Below are positions 1 to 10,674 of a DNA stretch of 16,839 nucleotides, one piece after another. The first letter of the stretch is position 1. The number at the start of each line of letters is the position of its first letter. The notes below the pieces were generated by a model. The model was not told where the DNA came from, searched no databases, and saw nothing but the letters and a program-made list of their open reading frames with translations. The stretch lies in the NCBI RefSeq assembly GCF_000143415.4, contig NW_003314288.1, positions 449,451-466,289 of the forward strand, in the 5' to 3' direction. This DNA comes from Selaginella moellendorffii (taxonomy: Eukaryota; Plantae; Lycopodiophyta). The translations under genes were made by a program, and so were the position numbers.

Positions 1-2121
1 AGGACTGGCAGACAAGCCCTGTCCCATGGACAGCCACTGCTCCTTACGTGGGGAATGTGCACATTACAGAGGTTCGTTTCTGTTTTCCAGTCTGTCTTTT
101 AACTCCTCAAATGTCTTGATCATTATGAAGAAGAGTTCGAGCTAAAATCCTTTCAAAACGCAAAACCAGCAGAAAACACAGAAATGCTGCCACTTTGGAT
201 TTATCTCTACGTCCATCTGAGCTTGCAGGTCTGTATGGTGGCCCTTTGAATTAGCTTACTTATCATGACTTGCAGGAAACGATGCTGCATGCTCAGTGAT
301 TACTTTCGAGACCGTAATCATTGAACAGTCGGTTATCAGATACGTTCAAGAAGTAAAGGACAACTGGGCATGTCACCCCATCTTAAAGGCTGCCTTTTTA
401 TACTGGACACGTCTGACGATCCCTCGGAGCTTGAACGTTTTAAAGAGCGCTTCAAAGTCGGTGACCCGTTCCAGTGCCATATAAGAAGTGTTAACCACGA
501 AAGGAAGCAAGTGGATTTGTCTCGACACCCGAAAACAAGTGACGAACAATTCAAGAAAGGTGGCCTGTTAGGCCGACGAATCACACGAGTTTTTGCTGGT
601 GTTGGCAGACATACTGTGCAAGGCAGATGGGAAAGTTTCGGAAAAGTTCATGTAACGATACATGGATTGATGACCCAGCCAGTTTATTTACAGAGGGACA
701 GTTCGTAAGGTCTTGGATTTAAAACGACCAGGGAGGGGAAAGATGGGCTTGGAACTTTCAGTAAGTTGGTGGACGTGGTGGTTTTGAGTCCCTTCCGAGC
801 TATCAAACACTTGAAAGGTAACTTCCGAGATTTGCATTAAATTTTTTTGACTCTGCATCCAATGCTCGTATTGTCAATTCCGTGTTGGAACTTAAGCAAG
901 ATATGAAGTGCAAGTAAGCAGAAACCTTGCATGCTGTGGACGTGACTTGTTTTTGTGTTGCAGGGTTTTGTCAAGAATGTGACGGAGAAAGGTTGTTTTG
1001 TGGTCCTGGCACCTTCACTTGAAGCTAGAATTCAACTGAAGAACCTATCGAACTCGTTTGTACAAAACCCTGCAGAGATGTTTCCACCAGGCAAGGTGAT
1101 ATCGGGAAGGTATGAACTTTTCTCCGTATGGAAGTGCTTGCTGATATCTTCTTCTTCGTCAGAATTTTAAGCATTGAGCCATTGTCTGGGCACATTGAAA
1201 TGTCTTTGGCGGCAACAACATCACAAGATTCAAGTGGCTGGAAGAATTTTGGTGCTGGAGAGATCGTTAGTGGCCGCATACACAACATTGAAGCATTTGG
1301 GATCTTCATCAGCCTTGCCGAGAGCAATGTGGTTCTATCTTGGTTTCAAGTTCTTAGTCTGTGCTCCAGGTTGCTTGTGTCATGTCTCTGAAGTGTCTTA
1401 CGATTTTATTCAAGACTTGTCAACACTTTACAAAGTCGGCCAATGGGTTCAAGTAAAAATTCTAAAGGTGAGAACGAAAGCTTTAGTAAAACCACAGGGT
1501 TATGATTTCCCTCTACAGGTTGATGCGGAAACCAAACGTATATCTCTTAGAATGAAAGCGTCATATCTGACCCCTGAGGATGGCATCGAGCCGATGGAGG
1601 AAGAAGCTATAAATGAAGAGCCTTCGAACACAAATATGCTCATGGATAATGATGAGCGGGAGGAGGAGGACTACTTGGATCTGGCATCAAAACGATTCCC
1701 ACAGCTATGCATGTCGATCCACTCTCAACAAAGACATTGAGGATACAGTGCCAATTGACCTGAAAGAGCAGAGTTACTTCTTGTTTATATTTACTCTTCT
1801 CATGTCCTGCTTCTCAACAGGGAAGAGAAGTTATTACAGAAGGACCAGCCTCCAGAGACCAAGGACGACTTTGAAAGGCTTGTAGCAGCATCACCAAATA
1901 GTAGCTACATGTGAATCAAATGCATGGCTTATTGGTTGTGTCTTGCAGACCTGGACAAGGTGCGAGCAGTGGCTGAAAGGTAACACTCTACTCGCATTTG
2001 ATTCTATTTTTCTTTATGTGTTACAATCCAAGCTCTTTTTTATAGGGCATTGGAGAAGATAATTTATTGAGAAGAATTGGAAAAGATGAACATATGGATG
2101 GCTTATCTCAACCTAGAGAAG
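1..2121 (+). pseudogene. RRP5: rRNA biogenesis protein RRP5 (S1 domains + start of HAT/TPR region), multi-exon pseudogene fragment; 5' part runs off the window, 3' truncated
   Basis: Exon translations match plant RRP5: GNVHITE, LDLSLRPSEL, FILDTSDDPSELERFKERFKVG, GFVKNVTEKGCFVVL, GEIVSGRIHNIEAFGIFI, CHVSEVS, VDAETKRISLRMKASY, PETKDDFERLVAASPNSSYM*IKCMAY...LDKVRAVAER/ALEKIIY*EELEKMNIWMAYLNLE. GT-AG introns at 229-275, 1110-1162, 1468-1518 and 1980-2045. Frameshifts near 369, 658 and 710; premature TGA at 1912-1914 (W) and 2068-2070 (R). Homology stops after NLE. Confidence 0.93.
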
Positions 2122-2284
2122 CATTTGAAGAGCAAATGGCAATTACTTTAGGTGGTTATAATGATCATGGAAACTACTATAGTAAGCATGCTTGTGTTTG
2201 GGGATGGAGATCAAGGGTATGGTAGAAGACCTCAATGTTTTGAGTGCTAATGTTGGGGATATATTACAACAAAGTGTGGCAATT
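2122..2284 (+). mobile_element. Relic retrotransposon gag zinc-knuckle fragment
   Basis: 2221-2280 reads GRRPQCFEC*CWGYITTKCG. This has CX2CX4HX4C spacing with H->Y (CAT->TAT) and a TAA probably from CAA. Confidence 0.55.
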
Positions 2285-2481
2285 TGTTAAGCACCAGATT
2301 TAACCACATGGTCAACATCGGTCAAAGGGAGGCTCAAGTATGAAGGCATATTAGGGTAAAGAACTTAAAAGTGATGGTGTAGAGGAGCTTTTGAGGTAGC
2401 TCGGGGTTGGTGGGGTTCATGAGGAGGTGTAGTCTAGTCTAGGAAGACTAGATTGTTGATTTTTTGTGCCAGGTCATAACA
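2285..2481 (+). repeat. Candidate short 5' LTR of the gypsy element
   Basis: Starts TGTTAAGCACC and ends GGTCATAACA (imperfect terminal inverted repeat, TG...CA), one base before a canonical PBS. The 3' end is well supported. The 5' end is tentative because no second LTR is in the window. Confidence 0.45.
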
Positions 2482-2482
2482 T

Positions 2483-2493
2483 TGGTATCAGAG
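2483..2493 (+). promoter_or_regulatory. Primer-binding site complementary to initiator tRNA-Met
   Basis: ...ATAACA-T-TGGTATCAGAG, the canonical plant LTR-retrotransposon PBS, just upstream of the gag ATG at 2503. Confidence 0.88.
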
Positions 2494-2502
2494 GTGTTGG
2501 TT

Positions 2503-4443
2503 ATGATGGCCGACGAAGTTGAACGCTGGAATCCTATTGTTGATGGTGGTGCCGATGATCATGCCGACGAAGCTATGGAGGTTTGGACCATGGAAGATGT
2601 TGTTCACGAGCTGCAAGCCCTTAATAAAAATCAACAAGAGATGCAAGACAAAATGCATGGCATGATGAGTACCTTGCATGAGCATGTTGAGGCACTTGAG
2701 GCTGGTCATGGTGGCATTCCAAGTAAGCCTTCTTTGGTGGATCAACTCAAGATTTTAACTTTTTTTGGTGATGGTGGTATGGATGAGTGTCTAGCTTGGC
2801 TAGCCAATATAAAGAAGTTGTTGGCTGCTAGAGGAACTTTAGATGTAGAGGCTTTAATGGCTATTCTAATGGTTTTGTGTGATGTAGGTCTTCAGTGGTG
2901 GAATTGGCTTGAGGAGTCTTGTGCTACAAATTAAAAACCATTAGTGTCTATGATGGATGAGTTTGAGGCTGCTTTCCATTTATGTTTTGCACTTCACTAT
3001 GATGTGGAGAATGCTCACACCAAACTTTGACATTTTCAGCAAGGGAAAATGAAGCTTGGGGACTATATTGAGAAGCTGACTCGCTTGATTAGCCGTGTTC
3101 TAATGAAAGATCCAGATCAGAATAAATCCTACTTCATTAATGGCTTTCATAGTGAGAGCATGTGGCAACATTTGCGTCATTCTCAGCTTACAAAGTGTTT
3201 GGAGGAGCTCTTTGATGCTACTTGTCGACTTGATAATGACAAGTATAAGTCTTACAAGCATTCGAGGAGTCCTTTTGTTGAGAATCGTCGTGATGATCAT
3301 TGTGGACACAAGGATGGGAATAAACATCACAAGCTGAAGTCTATGGTGGTTACTTCGGGTATACAAGGTCAAAGAATCAAAAATTCTTTGTGAAAAATTT
3401 TAGACAAGGTTGTTATCATTGTAGCAAGTTGGGACACTACAAAGCTGATTGTTCACAGTGAAGAGCAAATAACATGGCAACAAGAATGGCCAATCTTTTA
3501 CTAACTGTAAGTCAAATACTAAGAAGTTGCAAACTTTGCAGCACAAGGATGATAGGGACGACCATTCTAGTTGGAGGAAGAGGCTTTTAATTATTGCTCG
3601 TCAACTTAACTATGTGTGGAACAAGGTCAAGGACACTCATGCATCAGCTTTAATGCTGAAGGGCATGTTCTGTGGCAGTCTAGTGTAGATTTTACTAGAC
3701 AATGGGAGCAATAACAACTTTGTTTCCACAAAGTTTGTTAAGGAGCATAGTTTGGTGATATAAGGAATTGTTCCATACACAAAGGAATTGTTCCATACAC
3801 AGTGGAAGGTGCAACTACCTTTACTTGGCATACTTGTGTAGAAGGATTGGAAGTGTAAGTTGCTAAAACCACACTTGTGAAGACTTTCTATCTCATGGAT
3901 CTTCATCGTGTGGATCTCATTTTTAGGATGCCATGGTTGGTGAAGGTGGATCCGGAGATAAAGTGGAGTATTAAGCATGTCTTGTTGGAGTAAAATGGCA
4001 TTATGGTTTGGAGAGGGAGTTCAACCTTTAGTTGTTATGCTCTCCACTACATCTTTGAAGCGAGCTTGTCGTAATGAACATTTTCAAGTTATTTGTTGTT
4101 TGTTACTGACCTGGGGGACCAAGCCATGTGTGGAGGAGAGGTAGTAGTGTAAACTATACTCAAAGAATTCTTTGATGTTTTCCCTTCTAAACTTCCTTAT
4201 GGATTGCCTCCATTACGAGGTGTGGAGCATGGGATTACATTGGAGCCGGGAACGCGGCCAATTTACTAGTGTCCATTTCAATTGAGTTATAATGAAGAGC
4301 AAGAAGTTCAACAAAAAATCAAGGAGTTATTTGAGTTTGGATTTATTCAACCAAGTAAGTCTCCGTTTAGTGCTCTAGTCTTGCTTGTAAAGAAGAAGGA
4401 CAATTCAATGAGGATATGTATTAACTATTGTGCCTTGAACAAA
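2503..4443 (+). mobile_element. Degenerate Ty3/gypsy (chromovirus-like) gag-protease-RT, truncated in the RT N-terminus
   Basis: Gag: LKILTFFGDG...WL...LQWWNWL...FQQGKMKLGDYIEKL...YFINGF. Zinc knuckle CYHCSKLGHYKADC (3411-3452). Protease ILLDNGSNNNFVS (D at 3698; DSG->DNG) and DLIFRMPWL. RT: FDVFPSKLPYGLPPLRGVEHGITLEPG...IQPSKSPFSALVLLVKKKDNSMRICINYCALNK. Many stops and frameshifts. Confidence 0.92.
3762..3801 (+). repeat. Perfect 20-bp tandem duplication (AAGGAATTGTTCCATACACA x2) in the protease region
   Basis: 3762-3781 is identical to 3782-3801. Confidence 0.95.
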
Positions 4444-5220
4444 CACGATCCTCTAGGGGGCAATGCACTGCTGCTATGCCCAAAATGGGGATTTGATTCA
4501 AGCCAAGAGTTTGTTTGATAGGATGCCTCTGCACAGCAGACTTTCATGGACGATTATGATCAAGTCATATGCGCAAAAAGGTGACACTGATCAAGGAAAA
4601 CAATTGTTTGAAGCAATGCCACACAAAGATCTTGTTTCATGGAACTTGATAATCGCTGTTTATGCCTAGAGAGGTCGTTTCAAAGACGCTATACAAGCAT
4701 TTTCTTTGTGTTGCTGCTGGGATTCCTATTCATGGAACACAATTCTCGTGGTATACACTTTAGATGCAAATATTTATGAGGCAAAGAAGACATTTGATAG
4801 AATACCAACTTGGAATTTGGTCTCCTGGAACACGATGCTAGCAGCATATGCCCAGACTGGCCATGTGTATTCTGCGATCCAGCTCTTTTGGGCAATGTTT
4901 CTTCACGGCTTTGATCCCGACAAGGCAGCGTTTGCCCTCATTTTGACGGCGTGTAGCCATCGTGGGCTCATTGAAAATGGGAAGTAGTGGTGTGGAAAGC
5001 TTGCGTTTGAGGCATGGGTGGAGATGGGCTCATTGCAGTAGGGTGATAGCTCGTTCCCATTGCCTTCCTTTTGTATCCTATCTCCCTCGTTGCCTCCCGA
5101 CATGCTTCATATGTTCTCCTCTCTGTGTTCCATATGTTATCCTCTCCACTTGCGAAGCATTGCACAGCATGTTGCTGGAGCTGGGGCCTCAGCCCATTCG
5201 TTGATGGCTAGCATTTACGA
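4444..5220 (+). pseudogene. PLS-class pentatricopeptide-repeat (PPR) protein pseudogene fragment with E-motif relic
   Basis: YAQNGDLIQAKSLFDRMP..LSWTIMIKSYAQKG..KQLFEAMPHKDLVSWN..; NLVSWNTMLAAYAQTGH...GFDPDKAAFALILTACSHRGLIENG. Stops at 4667-4669 and 4985-4987; frameshift near 4475. Frame-split LLELGP / SLMASIY near 5170-5218 resembles the E domain (LELEP..YVLLSNIY). Confidence 0.88.
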
Positions 5221-6253
5221 AGGCTTCATTGGACGTTGATACAGAGAATTAAGTTTAAAGACAATTGGCCCACTTTTATGACGGGCTTAATCTATGTTGA
5301 CTGGATTGTTCTTTGCAAAGCATGTATGCAAGGCGATTTTACAAGGAAATTTATCAAATCTTCCGCAAAGTCAATGCCATAATCTGTCAAGAACCAAGTC
5401 CTTGGAGAGCTTTAGGAATTAATATATGCGTAATGAAGGATAGTTAAGTAATTTGATGATGAGAAGTTTGACATATGTTATCAAACATATTATCTAGCAT
5501 AGCAATCAGGGATGCTCAACATCCCAAACAATTCTCCCCATTGGAAATAAGAAATATCACAAGTGCCATTTCGTACTCATCCATTCCCTTCGAAAACTTT
5601 CTTTCTATTCTGCAGGGTGGAGTTTTATATATAATGTTGTTGTATAGAGCAATATTGCTTCTTCAATGGCAACTAGCACTTGTTCAATGTTTCGTGACCA
5701 ATCTATTCCCTTCTCTTCCAATACCATGGAATATAAGTATATGAAATTTTTCAAAACTAACATATTCAATCCTAATCATTCTTAAACTCTTAGGAATACT
5801 AGACTCAACTAGAGATATACTTCAGTTCCCTTTAATCTTCCAGTCTAGCATCATTCCAAATCCAGGATTGGTATTCAGATTAGAATATTGCTAGCCTTTT
5901 GAGACAAGTATAATAGTTGTTTTGAATCGTTAGGATCATCCTTTAGTGATTTTAATCTACATTGAGTTATAATTTAAATAGATTGCTACTTTGTCCTCTA
6001 TGACATGCTAGATGGAGAAAAAGTGTTATATAAACTCATATTTTTAATGCATCAAGTATTCTTTACAAATAAAATATTTATTTTAATAGTTTTTTTTCCA
6101 CAGGCTATTTGCAAAGGAACACCCACAAGGTGTATGACCTGTTTAGTATTTGCACAAATATATTCTTTATTTTTCCACAATACCTATCTTTTATGGCTTC
6201 AGTTAAGTTATAGTCATTTACACCTAAATAGAAGACAAGTGCGTGAGGTTGTG

Positions 6254-7437
6254 ATCAATGGATCTCCCCGCGACGCGTCAATCAGCAGTCGAACAAGCCG
6301 AGCAGCGCATTCTTGATCCGCTTCCAGTCGATCCACTGTCCTGTAACCAATGGTGCTACCGTTGCTCACCAGGTACCAGCCCAGCTCGCTGTCCCATGCC
6401 TCGACGTGATATTCCATGACCCTTTGTCCCATGTTTACTGGCTCTCAGATCTCCAGTGCGTTGAACTTTGAGACCTTGCCAAGATCAAGCTCGATCCAGC
6501 CGGTCGACTCCCCTTGCATTGGAGCTCAGAAAGTTTCCATACGCTCGTCAAGGATTTGCTTCGGCCCGAACGAAGAGCTGCGAACGCTGCTTGCTGTCAC
6601 GGACAAGGGATTCGCTGCTAAGTTGACGCTGAAGATGGAATCTATGGCGGAGCTAAACCGCTCCAGCGTCAGGAAGTCGGATTCGTCGATGAGTTCCGAC
6701 GAGTTTGGAGGGACGTTGAGCAGGAGCAAGCAGTTCCTGGCGGATGATTTTTAGAAAACGCACTCTGGAGGGAGCCAGTCGGTTCCAGCACTCTCTCAAG
6801 ACATCAAGAACCTGTTGATGTTGCGAATTGGATCGAGTTTCACGAGAACGAAAGTTTCATGGAAGGATGGATTTTACATACTGGCCATCGCTCCTGCCAA
6901 TCGTAATGGAAGATCTGTTCGCCATCGCCCAGCATGGTTGTCCGGCCTCGCCATACTTGTTCCCAAACCATCAGATGTCGGGGCCAGTGTCGGAAAAGAT
7001 GTTGGCACCGGGGATGAATCGTGTCAAACCAGAGCTCAAAATCGTAGTTCATGTTCACTGCAGTGGGTGATTTCGCACCATCCAGCCACACCTCGGAGAT
7101 CGGCCCATATCTGCACGCCAAAAACAAATGCCGCGTGAAGGCATCTGCTGCTAGAGATGAAAACTACAAAAGCCCACAAGCTCGCGAGCTCCTAATGCTA
7201 AAACCGTTTGATGGGCTGGAGCAAATGCAAACATATCACACATTGATTATGCCACCAAGAAAAATGCGTGAAGAAGAAGCAAAGAATGTCTCTCACCCAC
7301 TAAGAAGCTCTTGGAGCTGAGCCAAGTAGAACTCGTTGTAGAGAAGAGTGTCGCCATAGCAGCTCTCGTGCAAACCCCATGGCGAGAGGTAAAAGCCCAA
7401 GTCCAATCCACGCTCCCTGGCGGCCGTCACGAACTCG
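6254..7437 (-). pseudogene. FUC1: GH29 alpha-L-fucosidase pseudogene, copy B (5'-truncated, internal deletion)
   Basis: EFVTAARERGLDLGFYLSPW..YNEFYLAQLQELL / YGPISEVWLDGAK / LLLNVPPNSS.LI / MGQRVMEYHVE...DPLI. Introns 7111-7296 and 6812-6881. Stops at 6796, 6751, 6526 and 6445. 62-bp deletion at 6760/6761 relative to copy A. About 94% identical to copy A in a hand-counted 168-bp block. Confidence 0.93.
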
Positions 7438-7713
7438 ATCGTCACGGCATATGCCGAAAGCGGGCATCTTGATAAAGCGCGAGAGATTTTCGAATTGGCT
7501 CCAGAGAAGAACGAGATCTCTTGGAATATGATGATCACACTTTGCATCCGCAGTGGAAAGATAGCTTCTGCCAAGGATTTGTTTGATCGGATGCCCGTGA
7601 AGACGAGCGTTGCGCAGACTGCCCTCGTCACATCATTGGCCAGGAAAGGGCATTTGGAAGAAGCCGAGGCTTTGTTTGAGAACATAAAGGAGGAGCGCGA
7701 TGTAGAGTCATGG
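7431..7713 (+). pseudogene. PPR protein fragment (about three short S/SS-type motifs)
   Basis: NSIVTAYAESGHLDKAREIFELAPEKNEISWNMMITLCIRSGKIASAKDLFDRMPVKTSVAQTALVTSLARKGHLEEAEALFENIKEERDVESW. Open frame, truncated at both ends. Confidence 0.88.
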
Positions 7714-9687
7714 GCTTTTGGCTCTCGCTGTCTACAGACAACTCCAACCGAAAAGCAAATGCAGGTTCGGCAGTCTTTTTCTCTTGAGTTGATACAAATG
7801 AAGACTTTCTGGCGACAGGCAACTGCATTTGAGGTGAAAAGGCTACTGATTGCCGGAAAGCAGAAAGAGGCTTTACGGGCTGCTCAAGACGGGCAACTTT
7901 GGGGATGTGCTCTTCTTATGGCCCGGCAGCTGGGAGAGAAGGTACCTTGTCTTGTAGTTTTGATGTATAGACCGTTAGTGATGGTCTTGTGGTTTCTTAT
8001 AGTTCTGCACCGACACTATAGCGGAGATGGCTCAACGTCAGTTTCAACCAGGGTTTCCCCTCTGGACTCTAACTCTTCTTTATGCTGGTCAACATGCCGG
8101 AGTGTTCGTAGGGAACACTAATTTGTCGAACGTAACAGCGCTTCAACCTCAACCGGTTCCAGCGTCTGCTGTAGATGGTGCAACACAGGTGAAATACTTT
8201 TATCAAGCTACTCTCTTGCTTAAGGAGTGCATGTTGACTTGCAGGACGCAGTAGAAGGAATGCTCGAAGAATGGCTGGTCACACTTTGATGTTTCTCATA
8301 GTTTTAACTTGCAGATATGTGGAGCCCATATTTGCTATCTTGTTGCAAATGCTAGTTTTGAGCATTTCTCCCCTTCTGCCAGACTTTGTCTTATAGGTGC
8401 CGACTATTGTAAGTATCCACACACGTACGCTAGTCCAGAAGCTATCCAGGTAAGCTGTGTTTGTCCTCAATAACAATTGTTAACCTTTTCTTCATCAGCA
8501 AATGGAAGTGTACGAATTTGCAAGAGTGACTGGCAATTCCCAGTTTATTTTACTTCCTTTTCAGCCATACAAGCTTATTTATGCGTCGATGCTTGCTGAA
8601 GCTGGAAAGATAAATGAAGCTTTAAGGTTGGTAGTGATTTTTAACTGTATCCTTAAGGTTTCTCTTCAAAGGTATTGCCAAGCGGTGTTGAAAACATTGA
8701 AAACAGTGGGCCATGCAGCTGATGTGTGCAAAGAAGCGGCTGTAGCCTTGGAAGAGCGTCTTCGTATTCACTCTCAGGTTTGTAATCGGACACTTGGCTT
8801 TTATACTCACTTTCCTGTTATCCAGGGAGGCTTGACATCAATTGTGCAACGGATTTTTGGCAATATTGGTCTACACAAGATGACAGGCCCTTCTTCCCCG
8901 AAAGCTTCTGATATGCTGATATTAATAACTGTCCCGCAACAACTTCTAGCAGAAGCAGTGTATCACTTGCCTCGTCGGCATCAATAGAACCCATAAGTGA
9001 TAATACGAGAAGATCCAACATGCCAGCGAGAAGCATTTCTGAGCCTGACTTTAGGCCTGCACAGGTAAGTCGACTTGCTCTTGTGTACCTTCGATTAAGA
9101 CTTGTATTCTTTCATCAGATCGTTAGTCCAGCGAAAGGAACGCCAAACAGAGGCGTCTTTACTTCTTTCGTGCAAAGAGTGATGGGCTTCATAAAAACAC
9201 CTTCAAAGGAAGCTTTGGAAAGAGCGCTAGCTGATTGATGGTTGGTACGTGCTGCAGGCAAAGCTTGGCGACAGCAACAAGTTTAGATACGACGAGACAC
9301 TGAAGCGCTGGGTTGAAGAAGGAGCCGAGGCACAAGCGCCAGAGCTTCCGTTGGCTCCTCCTCCCACGGCAAACAAGCTCGTCTCGCGCGTGGAGGAGAA
9401 TGGCGCTCCTATTTCCATGTCTCCGGAGAGACCACAGCCAACTCCGGAAAGGCCGCAACTGGTTGTGAGTGGAATCCCACCAATGCCTCCGAGCAGTAAC
9501 CAGTACGCAGCTCACGCATGGCAAAACGTTAGATCAAGGTACCGTTTTGGTCATTTGCAGCACTCCAATCTCACGAGGTTTTTGCAGATATGTCGATACA
9601 TTCAACAAAGGTAGCGTAACACCATCCAAGACATCATCGGACTCTCCTCCACTGTTTGGCGTGGTGCAAAGGCAAGTATTTCGATAA
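7714..9687 (+). pseudogene. SEC16: COPII scaffold SEC16 (MAIGO5-like), central conserved domain to C-terminus, multi-exon pseudogene fragment
   Basis: CLQTTPTEKQMQ / ATAFEVKRLLIAGKQKEALRAAQDGQLWGCALLMARQLG / AHICYLVANASFEHFSPSARLCLIGADY..TYASPEAIQ / EVYEFARVTGNSQFILLPFQPYKLIYASMLAEAGK / YCQAVLK / RSISEPDF / AKLGDSNKFRYDETLKRWVEEG / GIPPMPPSSNQY..VRSR / YVDTFN. Introns at 7765-7818, 7942-8002, 8189-8244, 8450-8498 and 9065-9118. The expected ENL.IITANRT..D..VI.HLGD segment is missing after 8274. Frameshift near 8910. N-terminal half absent. Confidence 0.92.
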
Positions 9688-9844
9688 ATACTAAAAATTC
9701 TAATTATCTCATTTTTTGAAAAAACTTTTTATGGAGTCTCTCCTTGAACTATATAACAACATTAAATATCTGTACTACATTATTTAATAATCCTGCCTAA
9801 ATTCAAACAAAACTGATACAATCTATTAGTATTATAACACTACC

Positions 9845-9884
9845 CTTGCATTTCAAATTCTTTGTCAAGCTTGCATTTCAAATT
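9845..9884 (+). repeat. 15-bp direct repeat CTTGCATTTCAAATT, period 25
   Basis: Exact copies at 9845-9859 and 9870-9884. Confidence 0.85.
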
Positions 9885-10153
9885 TTCCCCCTCTTAGCCT
9901 TATGGTTTTTTCTTAGGTTTTATTATTTGGGTTCTCTAGGGTTTGCCACTACTGGTTCATGGATCACATATTAGAAGGCATTTTTCCTTCCTCTCTAGCA
10001 CATCCTAAGCACATATCTCTCCCACACTGTTTTGGTTTGTTTATAGCCATGGTAAGTTTTTCTTTCCTCAAAACATATGGTTTCCATTATTATAAAGAAT
10101 ATACATTCGTATTTTAGTATTGCTTGGCGTGAGACTATATGATAGTGTAGTGT

Positions 10154-10296
10154 ATTTACAAGAGAGTCATCCCATACTTGTTTATAGGGATGAGAGCACA
10201 TGCCTAGAAATCTCAAAACAAAAGAACAAAGATTTACAATAGAGAGTCATCCAAAACTGGTCTATAGGTGTACAAATGCACGCCAAGAAATCTCAA
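10154..10296 (+). repeat. Degenerate tandem repeat, two units, period about 78 bp
   Basis: ATTTACAA(TA)GAGAGTCATCC.A.ACT.GT.TATAGG...GCC.AGAAATCTCAA at 10154-10216 and 10232-10296. Confidence 0.8.
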
Positions 10297-10308
10297 GCTT
10301 CTTTGGGG

Positions 10309-10326
10309 AAACTCAAATTTGAGTTT
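10309..10326. repeat. Perfect 18-bp palindrome AAACTCAAA-TTTGAGTTT
   Basis: The sequence is its own reverse complement. Confidence 0.9.
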
Positions 10327-10674
10327 GGCTAGGCATGAGCCCACACACTAGCTTAAAAAAAACAAGAGACCATGAGAGAGAGAGTGTTAGAAATCTTTAC
10401 ATTTTTGAAGAATGAGTGTGAGACCATGCTTGTTCAAAGTTAAGTAATCCCCATTTCTTTGGTCATTTTACAAACTTGCACTTACCAATCTGTTTCTCTC
10501 TTAATTTGACTTTAGTTTATTGTGAGCTTATATTCTTTCATCAATACATTAAATTGAGTCTTTAGCGTGCAAGTGCATGCTAGAAATTCTTTGACTTTGT
10601 GTGTGGTCTTTTTTTTGTACTTTTTTCCTTCTATTTGTGTTTTGATATTTGTAATTTTCTTTGTTTTTCTCAAG

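Noticed and set aside
6416-7320. Plus-strand ORFs (6416-6754, 6815-7138, 6828-7070, 7051-7320) that recur at 13920-14934
   Set aside because: Antisense shadows of the duplicated fucosidase; they recur only because of the duplication.
9936-9944. Telo-box (CTAGGGTTT) promoter element; also (GA)n at 10374-10384
   Set aside because: Single short motifs with no associated intact gene; expected by chance.
9838-10152. CACTA terminal inverted repeat pair (CACTAC…GTAGTG)
   Set aside because: The match does not extend beyond 6 bp, so no convincing TIR pair.
10154-10296. CRISPR-like array
   Set aside because: Only two degenerate units in a eukaryotic context, with no cas genes.
10327-10351. Helitron 3' end (hairpin + CTAG)
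   Set aside because: Only a 4-bp perfect stem, a short spacer, and CTAG followed by C rather than T; too weak to call.
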